DNA of 64,000 nucleotides from a virus. Taxonomy: Duplodnaviria; Caudoviricetes. This document shows, piece by piece, positions 19,322-30,204 of the stretch; within the stretch, counting starts at the first letter, position 1; each line of letters starts with the position of its first letter. Under the pieces are notes generated by a model. The model had not been told where the DNA came from, did no database searches, and was given only the letters and a program-made list of their open reading frames with translations. Both the position numbers and the translations under genes were made by a program. The DNA lies in the IMG/VR virus record IMGVR_UViG_3300029286_001711. One strand, given 5' to 3'.

Positions 19322-21931
19322 ATGCCATTTTTTACAAGACCCAATTTTGAAGATAGACAACAGGTTCAATATAGTGGTAACACTATATCCTTATCTGGTA
19401 AAACCCATATAAATAGTACGGGGTACCTTCAAATAAATGCTCCAGTATTAGATTTTACGGGTAGTACATCAGCTAGTACACAATATATTTTAGCTGGATT
19501 ATCTGGTTATCGTAATTATGGTGAATTAACCTCACTAATAGTTAAACCCCCAATTCAATTAATAAGTGGTACGTCAGCAACTACAACAGTAAACGTTACA
19601 GGTTACATCTTAGGTGGTTTGGACGCACAAGGGCACGTCTCTTGGTTTCCTGCCTCATATTTTTTAACGGGTGGAACTAGTGGTGGTGGTAGTGGGACTA
19701 CATATGTTTATGTACAATTTACAGGTAATACTTCAGGTGATTGTATTACCGATATGTGGGTATCAAATATTCATAGTTGTGGATTAGCACCGGCATCCTT
19801 ACATATTCAACCTGTAAATACAAATCCCGTATTAATAGGTGAAAATGGGGCTCATGTGGCTATCGGTTCACCAAGTTTTAACCCCCAAACAATACTTCAT
19901 CTTAAGGGTGAGGGTACGGGTATGTTTAATACTTTTAGAATCACTAGTAGTGCGTCTTTAGACCATTTAGATGTAACCGACAACGGTCAATTTACTTGGG
20001 ATAATACAGCTTCATTAGTGATTAGAACTGGTGTAACTATAACTATAGAAACTGGTCCAGTTGCTGGATATGTTTTAACTTCTGATACTTTTGGTGGTGC
20101 AACTTGGCAACCAGCTCCTTCTGGTACTGGAACAACTATTGTACAATTTACAGGTAATACTTCAGCAAGTTGTATTACTGACCTATATGTTCATAATTTA
20201 TATGGATGTTCACCTATAAATGTAAAAGACAGTTTGGTGATGGGTAGTAATAAAATTATCCAATCATTAGGTACTACTAGTCAATTAGCATTAAATGATG
20301 ATAGTTTATTATTAGATACAGAGAGTGGTACAACAACTGGTTTCCATCTCGCAATGTCAAAAAATCCTTTTGGTGGTCAGTTAAATGTTGGTCATGGTTT
20401 TACCAATGTTATTACAGTATTCGAACCTAGCATATCTATCCCAGGTGGTGGTGTTAGTATATTAGGTGGTGATTATGTAGCCGCTAGTTCAACATCACTC
20501 CAATTTCAAGGATCTTCTTACGCTTTTTTAAAGGGGGATGCTTATAGTTTCCTTGGGGGTTCTGGTATTGAAGGAGATATTATAGTTGCTGACAACACTG
20601 GGTTAGATACACAATCAAAAGATAATAGACCAACAGCGGGAAGTTTTATATCAGCACAAAACGCAACAATACGTAGTGGATCGAATAATTCAGCTGTATT
20701 AGGTGGTTACGGATTAACAGCTTTTACCGCTAATACCATTTATTTAGGTAATAGTGTTAATATTAATAATAAATTCACATTACCCAATATAGACGGAACT
20801 GTTGGTCAGGTAATGACAACGAACGGTGCCGGAATTGTAACTTGGCAAACAGTAGCGTCAGGAAGTGGTGGAACTGGGGTTATCTCTGGAATGACATCAC
20901 CTTATATATTTGGGCCAAACACTTACGATATTGTAACACTTTCAGGAAACAATTTTACCCTTTCAAATAGGGCTTTGGTATTAGGTGGATTATCAAATAT
21001 TGTTCAAGGGATTGCCTCATCAATCATTAATGGTCAGTCTAATACTATAACTGGTAGTCCTAGATCTACAATTGTTAATGGTACCACTCATTTAATTAGT
21101 AATAGTGCAAATAGTACAATAATAAACGGTCTTACTAATACAATTGATGGTCCTATATTCCCATCAACATATAGTTTAATTGGTGGTGGTAGTACAAATA
21201 TAATTACTAATTCAAGATATAGTTTAATTGGTAATGGTTTTGGTAATGATATTACAGTTTTAGGTATTTTAGGTGGTTGGAATTCCATACTTAACGGTGA
21301 AAGTAATTCAATTTCAGCCGCGGTTAATTTTTCAACTATTTTAGGTGGTACCAATAATACAGTAAATTATACATACTCAACCATTGTGGGTGGTACCAGT
21401 AATATAGCCGCTAACCCCAACACTTTTATACTAGGTTCAAACATAACAACAACAACACCCGATACAACGTATACAGAAAAAGTTGTTGCTGGGGCTAGTA
21501 GTGTTAACGCTTATGTAGGTCATTTAAATGTTAATGATTATAATACTTATGGACCTATAAGACCTAATTTTATTACAGAATTATTAACATCTGGTAATAC
21601 TACTGGTGGAACATATAATATATACATACCTTCTGGTTGGACAGTAACAGATATACAAGTATATACAAAAACAACTGATCTATCTATATTCGGTGCTTCA
21701 GTCGGTACGATTGGGGGTATATGGAGTCCTTCTGGTTGGACAGGTTTTATACCAACACACAATATCATCACATTATTTAGGACAACACTTGAAAACGGTC
21801 CACATTATTTCCCAAATCCAGATTTAGCGACCATCTACTTTGTAGACGTGGGAGCATCACCACAAGCACTAACCACAGGTGAGTATAAGGTATTAATAAC
21901 CTATTGGAACAATCTTGAATTAGCTCTTTAA
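19322..21931 (+). CDS. Tail fibre-like virion protein, 869 aa
   Basis: Ser/Thr/Gly-rich; repeated G.VL...G..TW modules; SxIxGGxxN beta-roll repeats; duplicated FTGNTSxxCITD module. Confidence 0.7.
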   Translation: MPFFTRPNFEDRQQVQYSGNTISLSGKTHINSTGYLQINAPVLDFTGSTSASTQYILAGLSGYRNYGELTSLIVKPPIQLISGTSATTTVNVTGYILGGLDAQGHVSWFPASYFLTGGTSGGGSGTTYVYVQFTGNTSGDCITDMWVSNIHSCGLAPASLHIQPVNTNPVLIGENGAHVAIGSPSFNPQTILHLKGEGTGMFNTFRITSSASLDHLDVTDNGQFTWDNTASLVIRTGVTITIETGPVAGYVLTSDTFGGATWQPAPSGTGTTIVQFTGNTSASCITDLYVHNLYGCSPINVKDSLVMGSNKIIQSLGTTSQLALNDDSLLLDTESGTTTGFHLAMSKNPFGGQLNVGHGFTNVITVFEPSISIPGGGVSILGGDYVAASSTSLQFQGSSYAFLKGDAYSFLGGSGIEGDIIVADNTGLDTQSKDNRPTAGSFISAQNATIRSGSNNSAVLGGYGLTAFTANTIYLGNSVNINNKFTLPNIDGTVGQVMTTNGAGIVTWQTVASGSGGTGVISGMTSPYIFGPNTYDIVTLSGNNFTLSNRALVLGGLSNIVQGIASSIINGQSNTITGSPRSTIVNGTTHLISNSANSTIINGLTNTIDGPIFPSTYSLIGGGSTNIITNSRYSLIGNGFGNDITVLGILGGWNSILNGESNSISAAVNFSTILGGTNNTVNYTYSTIVGGTSNIAANPNTFILGSNITTTTPDTTYTEKVVAGASSVNAYVGHLNVNDYNTYGPIRPNFITELLTSGNTTGGTYNIYIPSGWTVTDIQVYTKTTDLSIFGASVGTIGGIWSPSGWTGFIPTHNIITLFRTTLENGPHYFPNPDLATIYFVDVGASPQALTTGEYKVLITYWNNLELAL
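19711..20165 (+). repeat. 26-bp identical direct repeat inside the fibre gene
   Basis: TGTACAATTTACAGGTAATACTTCAG at 19711-19736 and 20140-20165; spacing 429 bp = 143 codons. Confidence 0.85.
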
Positions 21932-23863
21932 TGATGGATATAAAAAATAACTATTTTTTTAAAAATTTTGAATCCATAAACATTGTTTACAGTGAGTATT
22001 GGGATTTCAATTTAGCTAATGATAGATTAGGTGATTGTTATGGATATGCCACAAATTGTAAGGATTCTTGTAAATATAGTATTATAGAAGACGGTTTAGT
22101 TGTTTGGTTTGATACTGATAATTCTAATACTACAATAGACGGTACATCTTTAACCTCATTAATTGAATGGTCTGGTAGAACCATAACGCCATCTTCAGGA
22201 TTTACATTAAATGATTGGGGATTAACAGGTGTTGATAATGGTCGAGTATCATGTCTTTCTGGTGAAACTTTAGTTATAACTTCAGCTAGTACTAAATTAG
22301 TTTTATATCCTGTAACAGCCTATACCGTTAGTTTTAACTTTTCTGGTTGTAGTTCTGGGATGACTGGTTGTACTTCAGGTTGTACTGTAGGTCCTGGACA
22401 ATATGTTTACCCTTGGATGTTCCATCAAAATACGATGACGCCTGAAGGTTGTCCTGTAGGTAATACTATTTGTTTAGATGGTGGGTTTTATCAAGGATTT
22501 TTTAAATTAGATAGAGATGTACCGGCACCGATATTAGTAGAACATATAGATTCTTGTTGTCGTACTGGATATACTTTAACATCCGTTTCGGCAACAACGG
22601 CTTGGCAAGTTATGCCAACCGATTTTCCTGTTGGGTGGTCAATGGAAACTTGGATTCAATCAAATAACGGGTTTTGTCAGTGTATTTCAGGATTTACAAG
22701 TGGTACTACTTCTGGTAATACTGGAACTACTTTTTGTGTGACAGGTACAACACTAAATGATATCTACCCAAATAATAAGAATTTTTTCTTCTATATCGGT
22801 ACTCGTGCTGAAAATAAATTTTGGGATGATTTTTCTGGTGAGACTGGTCTAAATACGACAACTGGAATACCATTATCACCATCAGCAGCTAAAGCTTTTG
22901 AAGAACATATTTCAGACGGTAGTCAAAGTTGGTTTAATATAAAAACACCGTGGGCCTGTAACTGTAATTGTGTTTGTACTGGATGTACAAATAATAGTTG
23001 TTGTGGTGTTGAAGAAGGTCCGATTGATCCTAACATCATAACTGGTGGTCAAAATTGGTTTAACATTTCATCACCTTACAATAATAGTTGTTGTAATTCT
23101 ACTAGATGTTTTCCAAATGAAAGTAGTATTACCACTGGTAGAACTTATTCATATTGTGACCAACTATCTGAAAACGCTTTAGGATTTAGAATTACTGACG
23201 ATGGTAGAATTGGTTATAGAAAAATGACAGTATCTGGTAGTTGTTATAATAATAAATACAGAATTACTGGTACTATGATGGAAGAGGGTTATTCAGAACC
23301 TAACGTTATTCCATCGGGAACAAGTTGGAATCATATAGCTGTAACATATACAGCTGGTAGTGGTATAAAAAACACTTTACCTTCAGGTACGTTAAAATTT
23401 TGGGTTAATGGGTTAGTAAAATATAAGGTAGATGATTTTATTGGTCTACAACTTAGAGCTCTTAACGAATGGAGTGATAAACAAATTGGGGTACCATTTA
23501 ATATGAGTTGGGGTGGTGGTACTCAGGGTTTAATCGAAAGTCAAACTTTTGGTGGACCAGACTATTCTGATAGAGGTCTATGGTTACAACAAAATTTTGC
23601 AGGTAGTTTCGAAGGTGAACTATCTCAGTTAAGATTCTATGAGAAACCTTTAAATGTTTTGGAAATAAGAAATAACTTCTTTGTTGATTGTAGAAGATAT
23701 TGTAGACCCGATACTTTTGGTGGTTCTCATATCGTACAACCTAACTCAGAATTTTGCGGTCAATGTAAAAGTGGACCATTACCACCGTACATTTTTGATA
23801 GTTGTTGATGAAAACGGTTCACCAATAATCACAGATAACGGGTTTGGAATAACTTGGGAATAA
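21931..23863 (+). CDS. Cys-rich LamG/concanavalin-like virion protein (in-frame stop at 23808; probable +1 continuation to 23863)
   Basis: WNHIAVTY, LKFWVNG, FEGELSQLRFYEKPL LamG signature; the +1 frame after the T5 run gives IVVDENGSPIITDNGFGITWE. Confidence 0.75.
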
Positions 23864-23879
23864 AAATAAAAATAAAATA

Positions 23880-24755
23880 ATGGCGAATAGAAAAATATGG
23901 GAATTTCCTGAAAATATTAATCCCACCAGTGGGAATGAATTTATAATAGATAACAATCACGTAACCCAAAAAATATCTTTGAGTGGGTTAACTAGTTATT
24001 TAAATACGGTATTAACACCACTACCAAACAACCCTTATGATTTTTACTTAGACGGTACGGTTGCAGTTGGTGGTGATGGTTCAATTGAACGTCCATTTAA
24101 AACACTTACTGAATTAAATGATGCTGTTCTATTACTTCCACCAAACGCCAATCTTTACACCGCGTACGTATTTCCTGACCCTAATGGGTACGGAAACGAA
24201 GTTGTTGGTACTTTAAACATAGCAGAAAATTTAAACTTAATTGGCATATCTGCGCCTAATACTACTATTAATTGTGCAATTAATTTTACCTCTACGGGTT
24301 TAGGTAGTGGCTCTAATGTTGTTACTTATAAAAATATAGCATTAACTAGTATACTTACTTTAGATTTAACATTATCAACATTTGCTTTTATTTCTTTAAT
24401 TGATGGGCAATATAATTTAACACGAGTAGATAACAATGCTAATGCTAATGTTAATTTAAAAGGGGGGTTACTAATTACTAATATTAGTGGGAGTGGTAGG
24501 GTAACTTTATCGAGTTGCCTAATTTTTGGAGATGTAAACTTATCTCGTGGGGCAACTTTATATTGTGTGAACACACAATTATATGGTGGTATTTTTAAAC
24601 TCTTTGGAAGCTGTACTTTAAAAACATTAAGCACTTTAAATCCATTAGCGGGTTATGTTGAAGGAACTGTTGATATTTCAGGTACTCCAACTTGGCTTAC
24701 AGACGCGGCAAGTGACACTGCTTTTACAGGTGTTGTAAATAAAACTGTTTATTAA
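23880..24755 (+). CDS. Hypothetical virion appendage protein (beta-helix-like)
   Basis: N-terminal RKIWEFP..QKISLSGL attachment-type motif; Asn/Thr/Leu-rich repeats. Confidence 0.6.
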   Translation: MANRKIWEFPENINPTSGNEFIIDNNHVTQKISLSGLTSYLNTVLTPLPNNPYDFYLDGTVAVGGDGSIERPFKTLTELNDAVLLLPPNANLYTAYVFPDPNGYGNEVVGTLNIAENLNLIGISAPNTTINCAINFTSTGLGSGSNVVTYKNIALTSILTLDLTLSTFAFISLIDGQYNLTRVDNNANANVNLKGGLLITNISGSGRVTLSSCLIFGDVNLSRGATLYCVNTQLYGGIFKLFGSCTLKTLSTLNPLAGYVEGTVDISGTPTWLTDAASDTAFTGVVNKTVY

Positions 24756-24835
24756 TTAAATGGTGATAAGATATTTAATACCAGGTTTATTATCAATTAT
24801 ATGAACAATAGTTTAAAAACTAATATTTATTAGAT

Positions 24836-25225
24836 ATGGCACAAAACTTTTTTATAAGAAAAAATTCAAACTTACCTCTATTAAAATTAAAGGTAATTAA
24901 CGACGGTAGACGTGATTTTCGTAAAATTTACGACCGTTTAGAAAATGCTGCCATCACATTCTCAATGATGGACGATAAAGGTGTCTACAAAGTGTTCAAT
25001 AAACAGGGGTTATTACTTCCAGTTGATAAAGAAATTTGTCAAGAAGATGGTGAATACTACCTTGGTTATAAATTCAATGTTAAAGACACAAACATGGCTG
25101 GTTGTTATCGTGCTGAATTCAGAATCGACTTCTTAGATGATGGATGTTCATTAATTGTACCAATCAGAGAAGACCTTTTCGTAAATGTACTTGACAGTTT
25201 TACTAACGCTAAAATAGTCTGTTAA
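24836..25225 (+). CDS. BppU-N-like immunoglobulin-fold virion protein
   Basis: FFIRKNSNLPLL...ITFSM...YKFNVKDTNMAGCYRAEF; late motif at 24824-24831. Confidence 0.55.
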   Translation: MAQNFFIRKNSNLPLLKLKVINDGRRDFRKIYDRLENAAITFSMMDDKGVYKVFNKQGLLLPVDKEICQEDGEYYLGYKFNVKDTNMAGCYRAEFRIDFLDDGCSLIVPIREDLFVNVLDSFTNAKIVC

Positions 25226-25314
25226 GGTTTACAAATCCCCAAATTTTTACGATTTTTTAAGTATATTAATTACATAAAACGAGTGGTAACTGTGCCCATC
25301 CCAAACAGAATCTT

Positions 25315-28227
25315 ATGAAAAAAGAAAAAGAACCTATTCTTCAGGCAACGCCTGAGGATATCAAATTGTTCCTTGAAGGACATGACCCCGAAAAATACAT
25401 CGTCGCAATAGAGTTAGACCAAACAGGTGATTGGTCGGTCGACGAATCTAATAGAGTTTACACTTTCATCGATGACCCTAAAAAGGGTAAGATGATAAAA
25501 ACCCAAAAATTTACACCCTTTTTATGGACTAAATCACTTAGAGGCAGTGGCTTTTACGGTGATGATATTGAAAAAATGCGTAAAGAGGCTAAGAAGTACG
25601 GTATTTTTACTGAGAAACTTAGAACAGATGATAATGAACGTCTTGAAGACGGATTTAAATTCATTGTTAAAACAACTGGAACTTATAGAGATTTAATAAA
25701 CTTCTTTAAACGTGGTGGTTTAGATCCTTGGAAGAGAAAAGACATGATTCAATTAATCCAACCGATTGAACAATTCATGATTCAAACAGGTAAAAGATTA
25801 TTTAAGGGTTGTGAAGAATATAACGATATACACAAGTTGGTATTTGATATTGAGACAACCTCTTTGGATCCAGAATCTGGACACATATTCTTGATAGGGA
25901 TAAAAGATAATCGTGGATATAGACAAATAATCGATTCTTATAATGAAGACGGCGTTTGGTCTGAAAAGACAGAACGTAAAATGTTAACTAAATTTTTCGA
26001 AATATTAACAGAACGTAATGCTTCAGTAATAACTGGTTATAATTCTGAGAATTTTGACTGGTATTACATATTAGGTAGAATGAAAATTCTAAATATGACT
26101 ACCGAAACATTTAAGTTTAGTAAAAGAGGTGATAAAACAACAACTATTGAATCCAAAGGTGTTATAAAAACCAGACATCCAGAAATCCCGATGGTTCGTA
26201 AAACAGCATCACTTAAATTAGGTGCTGAACTTGAAAATTACGAACAAACAGTTATGTGGGGTATTAATATTTTAGATACACTACATAGGGTTAGACAGGC
26301 ACAGGCTTTAAATTCTAATATTAGAGAGGCTGGATTAAAATACATAGCAAAAGAAGCTAAAGTAGAAAGACCAACTCGGGTTTATGTAGATGGTGGTCAA
26401 TTAGGTAAAATATGGACTGAAAATAAAAATTATAACTATAACCCAACAAGTGGTCAGTGGTACGACTTAGACGGTGTAAAACCAAGTCCTAAAACTCATG
26501 AAAATAAGAAGGGTGAAATGGTTGTAATTGACGGTTATGAAGATAAGTGGGAGATTAAAGATGGTAGATTTTTAATTACAGAATACTTAACGGATGACTT
26601 ATTGGAGACTGAACAAGTAGATGATATCTACACTCAAGCTGGTTTCTTAACGTCATCTTTAGTTCCGACAACTTTCGGACGTTCAATTACAATGGGTACG
26701 GCTACGTTATGGAAATTATTAATGATGGCTTGGTCTTATGAAAACGGTTTAGCATTACCAGATACATCACCTAAACGTGATTTTGTTGGTGGTTTATCTA
26801 GGTTACTACATTTAGGGTATAGTAGAAAGGTAGCTAAATTTGACTACGCATCACTCTACCCGTCAATTCAATTAACACACGAAGTATTTCCTGTTAGTGA
26901 TATAACTGGTGCGTTAAGAGCTATGTTATTATACCTTTATGATACCCGTAACAAATACAAAGGGTTGATGAATGAAGCTGCGGCAGCTGGTAATCAGATG
27001 TTGGCATCGAAATATGATAAAAAACAATTACCGATTAAGATTTTAAATAACTCCGCTTTTGGTTCTATTTCAGCACCATATATTTTCCCTTGGGGTGATA
27101 TCGATATTGGTGAACAAATTACCTGTACGGGTAGACAATATCTTCGTACAATGATTAAATTCTTTATGGATAGAGGTTATACTCCATTAGTATTAGATAC
27201 CGATGGTGTTAACTTTTCATCACCAGAAGATGTTGATTCACGTAAATACCTTGGTAAAGGATTACATCGTTTCGTTAAAAAGGATGTGGTTTATGAAGGT
27301 ATTGAAGCGGATGTTGCTGAATATAATGAAAGATTTATGTTTGGTGTTATGGGATTAGATATTGATGAAATTATGGATTCAACTGTTAACTTCTCAAGAA
27401 AGAATTACGCTATTTTGAAACAAGGTGGTAAAGTAAAATTCACTGGTAATACAATTAAGGGTAAAACAATCCAAAAATATATTGAAATATTTTTACATAA
27501 AGCCATTAGATTGTTACTAGATGGTAAAGGGAAAGAATTTGTGGATTATTACTATGAATATCTAGAACGTATCTATAACAAACAAGTTCCTTTAATTCAT
27601 ATCGCGAATAAAGCTAAAGTTAAAAGAAGTATTGAGTCATATCGTAAGAGGGGTGTAGATAAAAATGGTCGAGATTTACCTAGACAGGCTCATATGGAGT
27701 TAATTATTAGAGATAACATTCAAACTAGTTTGGGTGATACAATGTATTATGTTAATAATGGAACACGTAAGTCACATAACGATATTTCATTGAGTAGGAC
27801 TAAAAAGGATCCACCAGAGGGTACTGTTAAATTTAATTCCTATTTAATCACTGAAGAGGAGATTAAAAAGAATCCAGATTTAGTTGGTGAATATAACGTT
27901 CCAAAATATATTGAATCTTTTAATAAAAAAGTGGAACCACTTTTGGTTACTTTTCCATTACATGTTAGAGAATCACTTTTAATCGAAGATCCTGAATTTA
28001 AGCAATATTTCACATCTAAAGAGTTAGAACTTGTTGGCGGAATTCCGACAAAACCTGAAGACCAAGATACACTTGAAGGGTTAATGACTATGAGTGACGC
28101 TGAAATAGAGTTTTGGAGAATTAAAGGTATTTCACCTGAATATATGAATAAGGACCGTTTCAAAGATATGGAAGAATCTGTTATTGAGAACGAAGAAAGT
28201 ATTGGGTTAAAAAGAAACATTGGGTAA
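25315..28227 (+). CDS. Family B DNA polymerase
   Basis: ExoI VFDIETT, ExoII GYNSENFD, ExoIII YLTDD; motif A FDYASLYPS, motif B KILNNSAFG, motif C LDTDG; no intein seen. Confidence 0.95.
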   Translation: MKKEKEPILQATPEDIKLFLEGHDPEKYIVAIELDQTGDWSVDESNRVYTFIDDPKKGKMIKTQKFTPFLWTKSLRGSGFYGDDIEKMRKEAKKYGIFTEKLRTDDNERLEDGFKFIVKTTGTYRDLINFFKRGGLDPWKRKDMIQLIQPIEQFMIQTGKRLFKGCEEYNDIHKLVFDIETTSLDPESGHIFLIGIKDNRGYRQIIDSYNEDGVWSEKTERKMLTKFFEILTERNASVITGYNSENFDWYYILGRMKILNMTTETFKFSKRGDKTTTIESKGVIKTRHPEIPMVRKTASLKLGAELENYEQTVMWGINILDTLHRVRQAQALNSNIREAGLKYIAKEAKVERPTRVYVDGGQLGKIWTENKNYNYNPTSGQWYDLDGVKPSPKTHENKKGEMVVIDGYEDKWEIKDGRFLITEYLTDDLLETEQVDDIYTQAGFLTSSLVPTTFGRSITMGTATLWKLLMMAWSYENGLALPDTSPKRDFVGGLSRLLHLGYSRKVAKFDYASLYPSIQLTHEVFPVSDITGALRAMLLYLYDTRNKYKGLMNEAAAAGNQMLASKYDKKQLPIKILNNSAFGSISAPYIFPWGDIDIGEQITCTGRQYLRTMIKFFMDRGYTPLVLDTDGVNFSSPEDVDSRKYLGKGLHRFVKKDVVYEGIEADVAEYNERFMFGVMGLDIDEIMDSTVNFSRKNYAILKQGGKVKFTGNTIKGKTIQKYIEIFLHKAIRLLLDGKGKEFVDYYYEYLERIYNKQVPLIHIANKAKVKRSIESYRKRGVDKNGRDLPRQAHMELIIRDNIQTSLGDTMYYVNNGTRKSHNDISLSRTKKDPPEGTVKFNSYLITEEEIKKNPDLVGEYNVPKYIESFNKKVEPLLVTFPLHVRESLLIEDPEFKQYFTSKELELVGGIPTKPEDQDTLEGLMTMSDAEIEFWRIKGISPEYMNKDRFKDMEESVIENEESIGLKRNIG

Positions 28228-28269
28228 ATAATTGGTTTTTCTTTGATATTTATAAAGAAAACGGATTAT

Positions 28270-28974
28270 ATGATTAATTGGATAAAAGAATTTGTAGGCC
28301 AAAGTGGTGTTAGAATAGGTAGTAACAATGTTAAATTGAGTGTCGACAATTCTGTATCAGCCTCAAATAGTACAATTGACCCGATGTACAACCCCGAAGA
28401 TGGTGATCAACTTAAAAACGCTACTGCACAACAACGTCAACAAGGTTATAGAAAATTCCCATGGTCTTTAGTACCGATGCCAGCCCGTACGGTTGGTTTA
28501 TCTACATCAGTATCTTCTGAACCGTCTTCTGGGCCAACATATTCTTATATGGATGACACTGAAGAGGTTTTAACACCATCACAAAAAGTGAGAGAAAAAC
28601 AAAAATGGCCTGGTAAGAGTAATAAAAAACCGTCACCAGTACAGAAACCAAAAACTTCACCTTTCACTAATAACCCTAAAGAGAAATTAAAAGAAGCTTC
28701 CAGAAAAAAAATGGAAGAATATGTTGAAGATATTATTAGTAAAAAAAATCTATCTAAAGATGTTCTAAGTAAAAACGGTATTCCAGATGTTGACAACATA
28801 TCTGAAGATAACCCAGTTTTAGTTAGAAAAGTTAAAAGTCTAATCGATATCATCGAAAAGAACCAAGCCACAGGTGAACAAAAAGGTATGATATTGAATT
28901 ATTTAATCAATAATATCGGTACTGTAGACATCCCAGCTGAATATAAACAAGAAATGTTGAAAAAATTAAGATAA
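28270..28974 (+). CDS. Hypothetical late protein
   Basis: Start revised to ATG 28270 downstream of the late motif at 28247-28254. Confidence 0.75.
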   Translation: MINWIKEFVGQSGVRIGSNNVKLSVDNSVSASNSTIDPMYNPEDGDQLKNATAQQRQQGYRKFPWSLVPMPARTVGLSTSVSSEPSSGPTYSYMDDTEEVLTPSQKVREKQKWPGKSNKKPSPVQKPKTSPFTNNPKEKLKEASRKKMEEYVEDIISKKNLSKDVLSKNGIPDVDNISEDNPVLVRKVKSLIDIIEKNQATGEQKGMILNYLINNIGTVDIPAEYKQEMLKKLR

Positions 28975-29486
28975 TGGCAAACAGTTCATTACAGGGATAC
29001 ACTTGGAATATACCAGAAAAGTTATATAACCATCTTCAACGTATTATGAATGCGTATAAAGGTGCTAAAAATGTTGAAGGTTATAAAAGGCTTGAAACTA
29101 TACTATCAAATAAAAAAATTAGTTATGAGAATCTTAAATTAATTAAGAATTTTTTTGACACTTTTGGTGGTACTATAAATGACACTGTTTATGTTCTGAA
29201 CGGTGGTACTAAAATGAAAGGTTGGGTTAATGACACATTATATAAAGCTAGAGAGGGTATTAAAAACCCTAAAGATGTTAAAATGAAATCTGGTATGAGT
29301 AATCAATTTCAAGATACTCACACAAAAGATGGTATATCAACAAATGATGTAAAAATAAAAAAACAAAAAGTAAGTTCTTCTTCTCGTAAAATTTCCGATA
29401 ATAAAGGTATTTATGAGATCAAGATAATGGAAAACATAATAAGCATCTTTGATAAAAACAAACAATTATGGCACACAGACAAGTAA
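28974..29486 (+). CDS. Hypothetical basic protein
   Basis: TAATG-coupled ORF, 170 aa. Confidence 0.75.
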   Translation: MANSSLQGYTWNIPEKLYNHLQRIMNAYKGAKNVEGYKRLETILSNKKISYENLKLIKNFFDTFGGTINDTVYVLNGGTKMKGWVNDTLYKAREGIKNPKDVKMKSGMSNQFQDTHTKDGISTNDVKIKKQKVSSSSRKISDNKGIYEIKIMENIISIFDKNKQLWHTDK

Positions 29487-29818
29487 TATCACCAGTATTG
29501 ACAAATCCAGACAGTGTTCAGGATATGGGACCAGGTGGGGTTTTAAACCAATTACCAAGTTTAAAAGAATCGGCTGATGCTGAAAGGAAGAAACTAACGG
29601 TTCTTAATGATTATAAGGACAACGATAATGACAGATACAACGCTCAACACGTAAATGCGTTAAGTGATAATGATGAACATGGTCGTGGTGAAACCAACAA
29701 CCAAGTAGGTACTAGAACCGATATTTTAACTAAAAATACTTTATTGTATTCGTCGGGTAATAAATACAAACCTGGTATGGGATATAATAACAAAAACTTC
29801 CCTGAAGAACATTGGTAA
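29468..29818 (+). CDS. Hypothetical protein
   Basis: 116-aa ORF in the same operon. Confidence 0.7.
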   Translation: MAHRQVISPVLTNPDSVQDMGPGGVLNQLPSLKESADAERKKLTVLNDYKDNDNDRYNAQHVNALSDNDEHGRGETNNQVGTRTDILTKNTLLYSSGNKYKPGMGYNNKNFPEEHW

Positions 29819-29819
29819 G

Positions 29820-30203
29820 ATGAAACTTTACTCTATCTTAAATGAAGTTATTTTAGAGGCAGCTAGTAGAATGGAAGTAGAGAGGGCGATAACAAATCAC
29901 CAACCAATCAGAATCTATTATCAAGGCGACGATACTATTAACGCAGGTGAAAGGGATATCGAACCTTATGTATTAGGTCTTTCAAAAGCTGGCAACCCTA
30001 TACTTCGTGCATATCAATATAGAGGTGTTACAGATACTGAACAACCAGGATGGAAGACTTTTTTATTGGATAAGATTAGGGATTGGGATGAAGTAAGTTT
30101 TCCTTTTAGGTCACCTATTTCAGATAGATCACGTAACGCACAAAAATATAATGATAGAGGTGATAAGAGTATGATAACAATTTATAAACAAGCAAGGTTT
30201 TAA
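29820..30203 (+). CDS. Stand-alone WYL-domain protein
   Basis: IRIYYQG...RDIEPYVLG...ILRAYQ...GWKTFLLDKI; N-terminal ILNEVILE|A leader; no HTH domain. Confidence 0.75.
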   Translation: MKLYSILNEVILEAASRMEVERAITNHQPIRIYYQGDDTINAGERDIEPYVLGLSKAGNPILRAYQYRGVTDTEQPGWKTFLLDKIRDWDEVSFPFRSPISDRSRNAQKYNDRGDKSMITIYKQARF

Positions 30204-30204
30204 T

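Noticed and set aside
23681-23863. Independent 60-aa gene
   Set aside because: The first two-thirds overlap the LamG gene out of frame; only the last ~22 aa look real and are better explained as its C-terminus.
25272-25314. Possible translational operator hairpin before polB (by analogy with T4 gene 43)
   Set aside because: Only weak, interrupted pairing could be found by eye.
25315-28227. Intein or intron in DNA polymerase
   Set aside because: The ORF is continuous, motifs are normally spaced, and no intein termini or homing endonuclease motif was seen.
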